Numbered from the stretch's first letter, positions 38,377 through 48,358 are shown. The stretch: DNA of 64,000 nt from an uncultured Gammaproteobacteria bacterium (GCA_964416505.1 CAYQEJ010000006.1:13827-77826); one strand, 5' to 3'. Notes: a model not told the origin generated them from the letters alone. Program-made: numbers and translations.

Positions 38377-40548
38377 ATGGCAAAACTAGCAGTAAATATT
38401 AATTATGGAAGTTTATCTACCTATGTTTTTCCGGGTGGATATGACTCATCAAAACTAGGCTTAGGACCCTTAATGACCCAGAAAAATGCAGGCGGAGAAG
38501 GTAGCTATGCAGGTCCTTATCCAATCGCCCTGGCAAGACCTATGGAACAAAGCACTACAATTCCTGGAGTTTATCCCTGGGCAATGCAATGGTCTACTAC
38601 GATTGACTGGGTATTCCTGGCCGATAACGCCGCAGCAGCAGCAACTAGAAGAATTATACTTTATACATACAATCGCTCAACAAATGCTTTTTCATGGCAA
38701 GGATTTATAACTGTTGGATTCCCATTCGGAGGAACCCAAGGCACATACACAATAACTGGAATGAGAATGACATATGACACATACTCAACTGGAACTGCAA
38801 GTGCCTCAGGTACTGCCGTTACTGGTTCAACTACAGCTTGGCAAGCGGCCAGAATATCTGCTGGAGCGAGAATAGGGTTTGGTTCAACTGATCCAACCCA
38901 AATAACAACATGGTATGAAATATCAGCTATCGGCAGTGACACAGGTATTACACTTAGCACTTCTGCAGGAACAGTTAATTCCGGTTCGTATGTTATAGAA
39001 GAGCTGAGAGCCGTAATTCTTACAAAAAACGGTACCACTGCTACAAATGGAGGATTATTTATAGTTAAAGGGCTAAATTTTTCAACATTTAATACTGCTG
39101 GATCACCAACTATCGCAGCTGCTACCACAACCGATAATATACGAGCAACCTTTTGGGTTAAAGATGCAGCAACTTCTACAAACACAAACGGTACCGGGCT
39201 TGCTATTCAGACGAAAGACTCAAATACTCAACATTATGTCTGGGTACTACAAGGAACTACCACCATGCAGCTCTATAAATTTAATTTAAGGGCAGCATTA
39301 ACGCTCACCTCTGGTGCGGATACGGCTAATTCTTGGCAATTTTCCACTGGAGTTTCTGCGACGCTAACAGGAACTGCATCACAGGCCAATAATGGCAGAC
39401 TTGCTAACATGTCTTCCGGACCCGGTTCTGGCTTAAACTGCATCTACTTTACAACGACTACTAGAATATATCGATCTATTGATGTCTCAACGATTACCAC
39501 CGGAGTCACAAATTTTCTCGCAGATAATTCCGCTGAAATTCCGCCAGGAAGCGCAAGCTCCACTGCTGCAACATCTCTACTTAACAGCATCGAATATGCA
39601 ACATCATTGGATAAAATGATAGTTATGACTACAGGTGCTGCAGGTGTTAGGTCATATGTTACTCAATACAGAACTGATTCTGGACAATGGGATAGATTAT
39701 TCCTAATTGATAATAAACAAATTGATCAATCTTTAGCTGATTCTACGCTTACTCCTTTTCCTGCAATTCTAGCAAGAGCTTTTTCAGTTTGGTCAGAAGG
39801 CGGAGTAGCATATCTAGCAGGTATCGGCACAACTGCAGCAACTAATCTGCTATACGCTATCCCATTGGGGGCAGATTGGGAATACACTTCCACAACTAAT
39901 TGCAGATTGGTAACACCTGCTTTTAGCACACCAAACGTTAGCTCGTATGATAAAGTTTATACTAATTCCATAACAATTCTTGGTGGAGCAACTGGACAAG
40001 TTCTAGGTTTACCCCTTGAAGCTTTCGAAACTCATTATCGAACGACAGGCATATCTGACAATTCTGGAAGCTGGACCACGCTTGATGATACTGGCGACTT
40101 ATCCAGTATTCCACCAGCTACCGAAATCCAATTCGCATATGACTTCAGAACAATAGGAACGACTTGTATTCCTGCAAGACTTCTTAGCACTACTGTTACC
40201 TACAATGACCTTTCAACTGATTCGCATTTTCAGCCATCAGTAACAAACTCATCCGCAGCATCAAAAATATTTGCCTGGAGATTTTCAACAGAATTCGGCG
40301 GGACAGTTCCTGCGCTACGTATTCGTCTCTACAATGCCGTAACCAATGGAATTTTATTAGACGACAATACAACCGATCACTCTGAGGGAACATGGGAACA
40401 ATCAACTGATGGTGGATCAAATTGGACATCCTACACTACCGTGGGCAGTCCATTATCAGACAAGTCAAACGAAACAACATATATTCGCTATACTCCCACT
40501 TCTATTGCAGATAACATAAAAGTAAGGGCACTACTTACTCAAAATTAA
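38377..40548 (+). CDS. large Thr/Ser/Gly-rich beta protein, virion-structural-like, without signal peptide
   Basis: GTASASGTAVTGSTT...YEISAIGSDTGITL fibre-like module; Asp-box STDGGSNW; no TM. Confidence 0.75.
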   Translation: MAKLAVNINYGSLSTYVFPGGYDSSKLGLGPLMTQKNAGGEGSYAGPYPIALARPMEQSTTIPGVYPWAMQWSTTIDWVFLADNAAAAATRRIILYTYNRSTNAFSWQGFITVGFPFGGTQGTYTITGMRMTYDTYSTGTASASGTAVTGSTTAWQAARISAGARIGFGSTDPTQITTWYEISAIGSDTGITLSTSAGTVNSGSYVIEELRAVILTKNGTTATNGGLFIVKGLNFSTFNTAGSPTIAAATTTDNIRATFWVKDAATSTNTNGTGLAIQTKDSNTQHYVWVLQGTTTMQLYKFNLRAALTLTSGADTANSWQFSTGVSATLTGTASQANNGRLANMSSGPGSGLNCIYFTTTTRIYRSIDVSTITTGVTNFLADNSAEIPPGSASSTAATSLLNSIEYATSLDKMIVMTTGAAGVRSYVTQYRTDSGQWDRLFLIDNKQIDQSLADSTLTPFPAILARAFSVWSEGGVAYLAGIGTTAATNLLYAIPLGADWEYTSTTNCRLVTPAFSTPNVSSYDKVYTNSITILGGATGQVLGLPLEAFETHYRTTGISDNSGSWTTLDDTGDLSSIPPATEIQFAYDFRTIGTTCIPARLLSTTVTYNDLSTDSHFQPSVTNSSAASKIFAWRFSTEFGGTVPALRIRLYNAVTNGILLDDNTTDHSEGTWEQSTDGGSNWTSYTTVGSPLSDKSNETTYIRYTPTSIADNIKVRALLTQN

Positions 40549-40549
40549 T

Positions 40550-40735
40550 ATGGCACTTACTGACATTTTATTTCCAGATGGAGACTCGCAAAACTTCATT
40601 CAGACAATGAACCGAGGAAATATTGGAACTATTAATGATTATCTTACAGAAGCTGATTCGAATTCAGGAATACTCGTTGGAGAATGGACATCAACTACTA
40701 CTGCCGAAACCACTGCTTATACTTGGGTCAGTTAA
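40550..40735 (+). CDS. 61-aa acidic Thr-rich protein
   Basis: Starts 1 nt after the previous stop; stop abuts the convergent gene. Confidence 0.65.
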   Translation: MALTDILFPDGDSQNFIQTMNRGNIGTINDYLTEADSNSGILVGEWTSTTTAETTAYTWVS

Positions 40736-41566
40736 CTAAAAAGTTGAGCTAAAACTTGCATAACTTTCCGATGCACGATTACTCCAATCATATCCACTTG
40801 CCCCTTTTGCATATAAAAACGATCCATCCCCAACCTCTTTAACCATATACCAAGCCCCATCTTTATTTACAAACCCATAATAAAAAGGTGCAGATGCGGT
40901 ATCAGTATTTGCGATTGCATATCCATCAGTAGGAGATTTTATAGCTGGATCTATCAAATCTCCATTTGAATCCTTAACCCCTACTATTCCAGGACCAGGG
41001 ACACTTCCGAAAAATGCAGCTCCTGCTTTTTGTGGATTTATAAGCATAGTTACAAATACGCCCAATCCAGCACCTGCTAATAATTTAAAGAAATGTCTTT
41101 TATCAATTTCCTTAATTCCTCCATATCTCTGAAGCACTAATACATCATCTGTTTTAAAATCAAAAATGTTTTCCTCAAATGAGTAAATTTTATTATTTTT
41201 ATTTATTTTTTTAAATTTAATTCTCTTAAATATTGCGCTAAGCTGATGAAGCTCTAGTGGAAAAAGAATCACAGTAAAAAATATCTCCCTAAACTCCTTT
41301 ATATTCATAATTGATGAGATAAAAAGTAAATTTACAAATATAAAGCTATAGACTGCTAGAAAAATAGAGATTTTATTTTTATGATTTTCTAAAAAACCTG
41401 GAAATCTTTTAAAAACAGACTCATAAAAATAAAATATAACCGGAATAAGACTAAATACAAAAACACTTGAAGTTAAATTTTCTGAATTTTTAAACCCGAA
41501 AAAAAACAATGAAAATACAAGAATAAGGTTATATATTAAAATGAGTTTTAAAATAATTTTCTTCAT
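40736..41566 (-). CDS. polytopic membrane protein with internal Tat-like signal and C-terminal exported domain
   Basis: About 4 TMs, linker, then DKRHFFK-LLAGAGLGVFVTMLI-NPQKAGA/AFFGS. Confidence 0.75.
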   Translation of the reverse strand: MKKIILKLILIYNLILVFSLFFFGFKNSENLTSSVFVFSLIPVIFYFYESVFKRFPGFLENHKNKISIFLAVYSFIFVNLLFISSIMNIKEFREIFFTVILFPLELHQLSAIFKRIKFKKINKNNKIYSFEENIFDFKTDDVLVLQRYGGIKEIDKRHFFKLLAGAGLGVFVTMLINPQKAGAAFFGSVPGPGIVGVKDSNGDLIDPAIKSPTDGYAIANTDTASAPFYYGFVNKDGAWYMVKEVGDGSFLYAKGASGYDWSNRASESYASFSSTF

Positions 41567-42186
41567 TTTATTGATCTAGTATTTTTTTCATTTATCCAAC
41601 CCCAATCTGAATCCACAGAAACCTTATACCAGCCTGAAGAGTATTGATAATATTCCAATATTTCCCCCACATTTTTTTTGCCGACAATTTGAGAAATAGT
41701 AGTAGCATCTTTATAAATGTCTATGCTTTTTCTAGATGGATCATAAACTTCAATCTTTCCTTTTGAAGTCAAAATGCCTGTAGGATTTGGGCTAATCAAT
41801 TGATTGTTAGTTACGTTCTCACTATTTTGATTTACATCAGAACTTTTCGAAGAATAAGTCGATACACCAAGTGTCGAATAATCTGGATTTTCGGAAGTAA
41901 TAATATTATCTACTCTGGAATTAAGTCTTCTTATATTTTCCCTATCTCTTTCTGCCATTTTTTTCGCCTGAACCCCAGACTCTCGAAGCACAGAAAGCTC
42001 CATTTCATGTCTTATTTTTTCCTCCTGAAGAGAATTTATTTTTAGAAAACTCGTTGTAAGAATAAAAACCAAGAAGATAACTATAATTAAAAAGGCCCCC
42101 AATTTCTTTTTGTCATTAGTTAAATTTTGGAATGAGAAATCTATTTTTTTCCACGTCATTAAATTGGGCAAATTAAAGTCCGACAT
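41563..42186 (-). CDS. TM, coiled-coil and SH3b-like protein
   Basis: TM; coiled coil; IDIYKDA...GWYKV...GWI; ATGA overlap with the next gene. Confidence 0.75.
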   Translation of the reverse strand: MSDFNLPNLMTWKKIDFSFQNLTNDKKKLGAFLIIVIFLVFILTTSFLKINSLQEEKIRHEMELSVLRESGVQAKKMAERDRENIRRLNSRVDNIITSENPDYSTLGVSTYSSKSSDVNQNSENVTNNQLISPNPTGILTSKGKIEVYDPSRKSIDIYKDATTISQIVGKKNVGEILEYYQYSSGWYKVSVDSDWGWINEKNTRSIK

Positions 42187-42248
42187 TAACCCATTTTATG
42201 CATATTTAAAGTATTTAAGCAATTATGGGGATTGAGAATAGAAGATGT

Positions 42249-43283
42249 TTATAATATTTTTCCAAATCCGGGTTCTACCAAAAATCTATTGTTTTCAAAG
42301 ATCAAATTTTTCCTTATCCAAACTTTTTTGACTCGTCCTTTTAATTTCCATCCCTCAAATGGAGACCATTTACATTTCGTTTGCAAATCCAAGCCTCGCA
42401 CAATCCACTCATCATTCTCATCAACCTCAATTTCAGCGTCCTGATTTATTCCAAAAATTTCTGAAGGCGCATCATGACAAAGTCTTTTAACATCTTCTAT
42501 TGAAATCAAATTTTTATCTACTGCTGTTAAAAGTAAACCTAACGTGGTTTCTAAATTAGGAACTCCAAATGGAGGATTTTCAGAATCTTTTTCCTCTTTC
42601 ATGTGTGGTGCATGATCTGACTCGATCAAATCAATATGCTTTAAATTTTTAAAAGCAAACTCTCCGAAACCATCATAAACCGGAGGCTTCATCATTCCAT
42701 AGGATTTCAAACTCTTAACATCTTTTTCAGTTAAAAATAAATGGTGAGGAGTAACACCGCAAGTGATCGGTAGCCCTAATTTTTTAACGTTAATTATCTT
42801 TTCTAATTCTCCCTGTGAACTAACATGACAAACATGTGTTCTTTTTTTTGTTTCCTTACAAACCTTAATAACTAGGTCAATCACATCTTCCTCTGCATGA
42901 ACTAAAATTGGCTTATCGATATTCCATGCATCATAAATTTTTAATAATTTCTTTTGATCAATTATGAATCCTCCTGTCGTTTGATTTAGATAAATCTTCA
43001 AACCCAAAACTTTTCCATCTACTTTTTCAAATTCTTCTAAATTATCTCCTAATGACCCAAAATGAAATCCAATATCAGAAACTATTTGATTTTGTGCGAT
43101 TTCAATTTTGCGATTCAAACGCGCTAAAGAAGTTATTGGCTCTAAATTATTTGGCATGTCTATTATAAAAGTAAAACCTCCGGAAATTGCTGCTTTAGTT
43201 CCCGTAAAAAAATCTTCTTTATACTCCTGTCCGGGAGTTCTTAAATGGACATGCGGATCAATAAGCCCAGGAAGTTTTATCAT
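42249..43283 (-). CDS. pyrC: dihydroorotase
   Basis: LPGLIDPHVHLRTPG, DMPNN, HAE, HVS, VTPHHL, SDHAPH, PFGVP. Confidence 0.93.
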   Translation of the reverse strand: MIKLPGLIDPHVHLRTPGQEYKEDFFTGTKAAISGGFTFIIDMPNNLEPITSLARLNRKIEIAQNQIVSDIGFHFGSLGDNLEEFEKVDGKVLGLKIYLNQTTGGFIIDQKKLLKIYDAWNIDKPILVHAEEDVIDLVIKVCKETKKRTHVCHVSSQGELEKIINVKKLGLPITCGVTPHHLFLTEKDVKSLKSYGMMKPPVYDGFGEFAFKNLKHIDLIESDHAPHMKEEKDSENPPFGVPNLETTLGLLLTAVDKNLISIEDVKRLCHDAPSEIFGINQDAEIEVDENDEWIVRGLDLQTKCKWSPFEGWKLKGRVKKVWIRKNLIFENNRFLVEPGFGKIL

Positions 43284-43828
43284 CCCAAATATTTATTTAT
43301 ATAATCAATTGCTTCCTGAGGTGTCTTGGCAAAATAGACAAATTCATCTAATTTTATTTTTAAATTTGATTTTAAAAATCCCTCGTCCCTCATTCTATCA
43401 ATCTGAATCTTCAAGCCTTCATAGAAATTATCTGTATTAAGAATTATAACTGGCTTATTATGATGCCCTGTTTTTCGAAGCTCTATAATATCTGTTATCT
43501 CATCAAGCGTACCAATTCCACCCACCAAAGCAATAATAGCGTCAGATTTTTCAAGCATTGCAGCTTTTCGCTCACCCAAAGATTTAGCGATTATCATTTC
43601 ATCAGCATCTTTCCTAGCTAAATGATGAAAAACCTCCATGGAAACTCCGTAAATTTTCCCGCCTCCATTTTTTACCTCATCGGCAACCACTTTCATAATT
43701 CCAATATCTGTTCCGCCCCATACAAGATGATAACCGTTCTTCACCATAAGACGCGCAAACTGCCTGGCATCTTTTTTATATTTTTCGTCCACATCTTGAG
43801 CTGAGCAAAAAACAGCAATATTTTTCAT
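43280..43828 (-). CDS. LOG-family nucleotide phosphoribohydrolase (TIGR00730-like)
   Basis: IAVFCSA, LVWGG...GIM, ERKAAM, VGGIGTLDE. Confidence 0.9.
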   Translation of the reverse strand: MKNIAVFCSAQDVDEKYKKDARQFARLMVKNGYHLVWGGTDIGIMKVVADEVKNGGGKIYGVSMEVFHHLARKDADEMIIAKSLGERKAAMLEKSDAIIALVGGIGTLDEITDIIELRKTGHHNKPVIILNTDNFYEGLKIQIDRMRDEGFLKSNLKIKLDEFVYFAKTPQEAIDYINKYLG

Positions 43829-43851
43829 GAAGAGATTATAACAGAATTAAA

Positions 43852-45162
43852 TTAGGCTTCGAATGGGATAAACACTGGAGCTTCAGCAACTAATCCGCTT
43901 TGTTCCGCTGCCTGAATTGCTGACTCGATATTTCTCGCTTGAATAGGTCTAAAGGTAACAATATCAGGCGTATACACAACGCCATCTATTTCTCTTCCGT
44001 ATTTTCTTTGCTGCTCAATATCGCCAATATTTAATCCATGGTCTCCATAAAGAGTATACTGGGGACCTGCTGTTCCTGGCATATCTTTTATCCAAGATCT
44101 TAAATAACCTTCTCTTTCTACATCCCCTGGATCCATAGGCATAGCATTTCCTAAAAGAGTAGGTAATTCATCAGGCCCTTTCTCTAAATTAATCGCAGCT
44201 CTTCTTATGTCGCTTAGAACTGCTGCCGTTGTCGCATCTCTACCTGCACCTCTACCAGTATGCATTTGACGTCCTGCTAATTCCCAATCAAACATTACTC
44301 CGTTAAATACGCCATTTACTGCTGCAAGCGGATTATCGCGGCTTATAAGTGCTGGCGTTACTCTTGCCTCAAAAAGACCATCATCTCTTCTTTTTGCAAT
44401 TGCTAAAAGTTTTATGTCATGATTCGGTCCCCCCTCTTCTTTGGAATAATGACGGGCAAATCTGAAATCTTCTGCGCTAATATCCGTAATACCTCTTCTA
44501 TCTATATTTTCTGGATCAACTATAGAATTAAATCCGAGCATAAAAAGAATTGCCAGCTTATATGCTGCATCCATTCCCTCTATGTCTGATGTGGGATCTG
44601 CTTCAGCATACCTGGCAGCTTGAGCTTCCGCTAAGGCATCACCAAAACTCATTCCTTCATCTCTCATCCTAGTTAAAATATGATTTGTGGTTCCATTAAC
44701 AATACCTACAATCGCACTAAGTCTATCCACCCTAGTTCTGTCACGTAAATAAGAAACTACATCAATTCCTCCCCCAACTGTTCCTTCAAATTGAAAATCT
44801 ACCTCTTCTTCCCTAGCCACAGAAAACAAATCCTCAGGATATGTCGCCACTGGACCTTTAGCTGGAGTAACCACGCTCATTCCTTCATGCATCGCATCAA
44901 TCATAAAATTTCTTGAACCTTCAGGATGGACACCACCTGGCGTTTCAACTATTATCTGAATATTTGGATCATGCAGAAGCTGTCTAGAAGTTGTATAGTG
45001 AGGCCCCTGAAATTCTCTTTTAGGGTTTAACGGATTTTGGACAGCCACTCCTCTAAGCTCAAGCCCCCATTCGGGACCATGCTTCATAAGCTCTCGGATT
45101 ACTCCTCCGCCTACAGTTCCTGCTCCTCTAACCCCTACTCCAATTCTTTGTCTTTCAGCCAT
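43852..45162 (-). CDS. hom: homoserine dehydrogenase with ACT-like C-terminus
   Basis: GAGTVG, FEGTVGGG, GIVNGTTN, YAEADPTSDIEGMDAAYKL, GRGAG. Confidence 0.9.
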   Translation of the reverse strand: MAERQRIGVGVRGAGTVGGGVIRELMKHGPEWGLELRGVAVQNPLNPKREFQGPHYTTSRQLLHDPNIQIIVETPGGVHPEGSRNFMIDAMHEGMSVVTPAKGPVATYPEDLFSVAREEEVDFQFEGTVGGGIDVVSYLRDRTRVDRLSAIVGIVNGTTNHILTRMRDEGMSFGDALAEAQAARYAEADPTSDIEGMDAAYKLAILFMLGFNSIVDPENIDRRGITDISAEDFRFARHYSKEEGGPNHDIKLLAIAKRRDDGLFEARVTPALISRDNPLAAVNGVFNGVMFDWELAGRQMHTGRGAGRDATTAAVLSDIRRAAINLEKGPDELPTLLGNAMPMDPGDVEREGYLRSWIKDMPGTAGPQYTLYGDHGLNIGDIEQQRKYGREIDGVVYTPDIVTFRPIQARNIESAIQAAEQSGLVAEAPVFIPFEA

Positions 45163-45216
45163 ATTGAGAGCAGGAGCTGATTATATAATTACCGCAATCC
45201 AAACTGCAAGGGGAGA

Positions 45217-46089
45217 TTAAAACCAACCGGATTTCTTCTTGGAGTTATCAAATTCACGAAGAAGCTCTTTCTGACGGGATGTAAGATTTTTTGGAATAAC
45301 TACTTTTACCTGAACATAATGATCGCCTTTATGCGACCCTCTTACATGCATTATTCCTTTTTCCCTAAGCCTAATTACGGTATTTGGTTGAGTTCCTGAA
45401 GGAATTTTAAGTTTTACTTTTCCCTCTACTGTCTCCACTTCAATTTCAGTCCCGAGAGCTGCATCTGGAAATGAAATCTCTTCTTCAGTTACTACATCAT
45501 AACCCTCTCTTTTAAATCTAGGGTGAGATTTTACTTCTATCAGAACGTCATATGTTCCAAATCTAACTCTTTGACCATTGTCTACTCCGGCTGGAATTTT
45601 TACTGTCTGAGATTTTCCTTCAATAGTAACTTTTTTCGTAACTCCTTTTACCGCATCCATGAAATCAATTGTTAAAGAATAGACTGGACGACGCTCACGT
45701 CCAAATGGATTGCCGCCCCCAAAGAATTGTTCAAATATCTCAAATGGATCAGAAAAACCACCAAAATCAAATCCCTGACCATTTCCGCCAGTAGAATATG
45801 TGTAAGTAAACGGTCCGCTTTGACCTCCGAATCCTCCACCAAAAGGACCCTGACCGCCACCTTGCTTAAAAGCATCATGCCCAAATTGATCATATGAAGC
45901 TCTTTTTTGAGAATCCGACAACACCTCATAAGCTTCAGTTACTTCTTTAAATTTGGCTTCTGAAGCTTTATCCCCTTTATTTCTATCTGGGTGATGCTCA
46001 AGCGCAAGCTTTCTATATGCCTTCTTAATTTCAGCATCAGTTGCGCCTTTACTTACACCTAAAACTTGGTAGTAATCTCTGTCAGCCAT
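45217..46089 (-). CDS. dnaJ: DnaJ, class B (no zinc finger)
   Basis: [13 protein letters not shown]-rich region, C-terminal domain, no CxxCxGxG; start reassigned to MADRDYY. Confidence 0.93.
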   Translation of the reverse strand: MADRDYYQVLGVSKGATDAEIKKAYRKLALEHHPDRNKGDKASEAKFKEVTEAYEVLSDSQKRASYDQFGHDAFKQGGGQGPFGGGFGGQSGPFTYTYSTGGNGQGFDFGGFSDPFEIFEQFFGGGNPFGRERRPVYSLTIDFMDAVKGVTKKVTIEGKSQTVKIPAGVDNGQRVRFGTYDVLIEVKSHPRFKREGYDVVTEEEISFPDAALGTEIEVETVEGKVKLKIPSGTQPNTVIRLREKGIMHVRGSHKGDHYVQVKVVIPKNLTSRQKELLREFDNSKKKSGWF

Positions 46090-46229
46090 AGGCCTAATTC
46101 TATCATTTTTCGAGCTCAAATTAAAGCTAAAAAGCCATTTCAAAAAGCTTTTTATTGCATTTTTCAAGCATATTTCTTATCGATTTCCCATACTAGCGTC
46201 TTAACATAATTAAGGAAGGAGGTGGAATA

Positions 46230-46508
46230 ATGATTAGTTTGATTTTATGGGCAGTTTTTGGAGCTATAGTTGGATTTATTGCTGACTATATCGATAGGAA
46301 TGTAGCCTTAAATTGGACAGAAAGAGTAATTGTAGGAATTGTTGGAGCAATCGTGGGAGGAAGCGTTACCCAACTCCTTACAACAGGCACAATTGGAATT
46401 TCAGCTGCTGCAGGATTTGATCCTGTTTCTATGATTGTAGCTGTATTGGGCGCATTGGGTGCTCTTTTTGTTTACAAGAGAGTCCGAAGTACTCGAAGCG
46501 TTGTATAA
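46230..46508 (+). CDS. GlsB/YeaQ/YmgE family membrane protein
   Basis: GAIVGFIA, VGIVGAIVGG, IVAVLGA; strong SD AAGGAGGTG. Confidence 0.88.
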   Translation: MISLILWAVFGAIVGFIADYIDRNVALNWTERVIVGIVGAIVGGSVTQLLTTGTIGISAAAGFDPVSMIVAVLGALGALFVYKRVRSTRSVV

Positions 46509-46541
46509 AACGCAGGAGGGGTGCGCATTCTTAAAACGCAC

Positions 46542-48320
46542 TTACTTTACAGTTACACTTTTTGCTAAATTTCTTGGCTTATCTGGATCCTTAATTCCTT
46601 TTTCAAGAGCCATAAAATATCCTAATAATTGAAAATATACAACCTGCGGAATTAGAGTAGCCTCTAAAAGATCATCAGTTTTTAGAAAAACATCAAAGAC
46701 ATCGCTCTCTTTAGGTCCTACCCCTATTATGAATCCACCTCTTGCCTTTACCTCCTGAGCATTTGAAATTATCTCATCATAGGTTTCATCATTTGGAGCA
46801 ATTATAAAACATGGTGTTCCCTTTTCAATTAAAGCAATCACTCCATGCTTTAATTCTCCACCAGCAAATCCCTCAGCATGAGTATAAGATGTCTCTTTAA
46901 GTTTTAGTGTTCCTTCCAAAGCTGCTGCATAAGAAAGACCTCTTCCAAGAATATATATATGTTCTTTATTTTTTAAGTTTTTTGCTAATTTTTTTATTTC
47001 TGAAAGATTTTCTTCCTCAATTAATTTGCTGACATTTTTTGCGGCATCAAATAATATTCTTTTACCTTCTTTCTGCCGACCAGAAAGAGTATAAGCTGTT
47101 AAAAGCAAGACTGCGAACATTGAAGTAAAACTTTTTGTTCCAATTACCGCTTTTTCCTGGCCTGCTCCCAGCATAACTCTAAAATCAGCCTGGCGATAAA
47201 TAGTTGATCCCATTACGTTTACGATTGCTGCAACTTTAGCGCCTTTTTTCTTGGCCTTACTTACGGGCTCTACAACATCAATTGTTTCACCGGACTGAGA
47301 GATTGGGATTATAAGACTATTTGGAGTTAGGTAATCCTCAAGATAGCTAAACTCTGATCCAATGGAAAAATTTATATGCCTTTTAGCAATTTTAGAAAAT
47401 GAATAAACTCCGGATAATGCTGCATATGAAGCACTTCCGCATCCTAACATAAACGCTCCCTTGGATTTTTTTATCATCTCAGAAAAATTTTTAATTTGCT
47501 CATCATAAGTGCTGGCAATATTTTCCAAAACTCTTGGTTGTTCTGCGATTTCCTTCTGAAGAAAATGCTTATAATTTCCTTTTATCGTATTTTCAAATTC
47601 CCAATCAAGCTTAATAAACTCGGGTTTTATCTCTTCTCCACTAGGCAATTTAAATAATTTAAGCGAATTTCCCAATAAAACCATTTGGTTATCTTCAAGG
47701 AAAACCACTTCTTTCGTATACTCAACAATTCCAGAAGCATCAGATGCAATAAACATTCCGTCACTATTTTTACCAACTATTAAAGGCGACCCCGTCTTAG
47801 CTGCAACAATTTCGTTTGTTTTTGTATTGATAGCTACAACCGCATTAAGACCTTTTATAGAATTGAAAGCATCCCTAAAAGCAACAGGAAAGTCTTGCAA
47901 GGCCTGGCCTTGCGAGGCTAAATTTTCCTCAACAAGATGTGGAAATATTTCCGTATCAGTCTCTGATAAAAATTTATGGCCTTTTTCCAAAAGATCTTTT
48001 TTTATTTCCTGATAATTCTCAATTATTCCATTGTGAACAACTGCAATACTTCTGCTGCAGTCTAGATGAGGATGTGAATTTGCTTCTGTCACGCCTCCAT
48101 GAGTAGCCCACCTGGTATGTCCAATTCCAATTTCACTTTCTGGAAGATTAACCTTAGCATCTCCAATTTTCCCTACATGTTTCTCGATTTTTATTTGATC
48201 ATTTTTCTTTACAGCTATTCCCCAAGAATCATAACCTCTATACTCTAAAAGCTTTAAACCCTTTAGAACCATATTTGGGGTATCTGTTTTTTTACCGACA
48301 TATCCAAATATTCCACACAT
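46542..48320 (-). CDS. glmS: glutamine--fructose-6-phosphate aminotransferase
   Basis: MCGIFG, HTRWATHG, SQSGET, PRNLAKSVTV. Confidence 0.98.
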   Translation of the reverse strand: MCGIFGYVGKKTDTPNMVLKGLKLLEYRGYDSWGIAVKKNDQIKIEKHVGKIGDAKVNLPESEIGIGHTRWATHGGVTEANSHPHLDCSRSIAVVHNGIIENYQEIKKDLLEKGHKFLSETDTEIFPHLVEENLASQGQALQDFPVAFRDAFNSIKGLNAVVAINTKTNEIVAAKTGSPLIVGKNSDGMFIASDASGIVEYTKEVVFLEDNQMVLLGNSLKLFKLPSGEEIKPEFIKLDWEFENTIKGNYKHFLQKEIAEQPRVLENIASTYDEQIKNFSEMIKKSKGAFMLGCGSASYAALSGVYSFSKIAKRHINFSIGSEFSYLEDYLTPNSLIIPISQSGETIDVVEPVSKAKKKGAKVAAIVNVMGSTIYRQADFRVMLGAGQEKAVIGTKSFTSMFAVLLLTAYTLSGRQKEGKRILFDAAKNVSKLIEEENLSEIKKLAKNLKNKEHIYILGRGLSYAAALEGTLKLKETSYTHAEGFAGGELKHGVIALIEKGTPCFIIAPNDETYDEIISNAQEVKARGGFIIGVGPKESDVFDVFLKTDDLLEATLIPQVVYFQLLGYFMALEKGIKDPDKPRNLAKSVTVK

Positions 48321-48358
48321 ATTGAATTGAATTATACCATTTTAGAAGATATTAGGAG

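Noticed and set aside
37958-40735. Prophage
   Set aside because: No integrase, terminase, portal, capsid or lysis genes; the higher GC is explainable by T/G/A-rich protein composition
33373-42248. att sites or target duplications bounding the Tat locus
   Set aside because: No convincing direct repeat in either flanking intergenic region by eye
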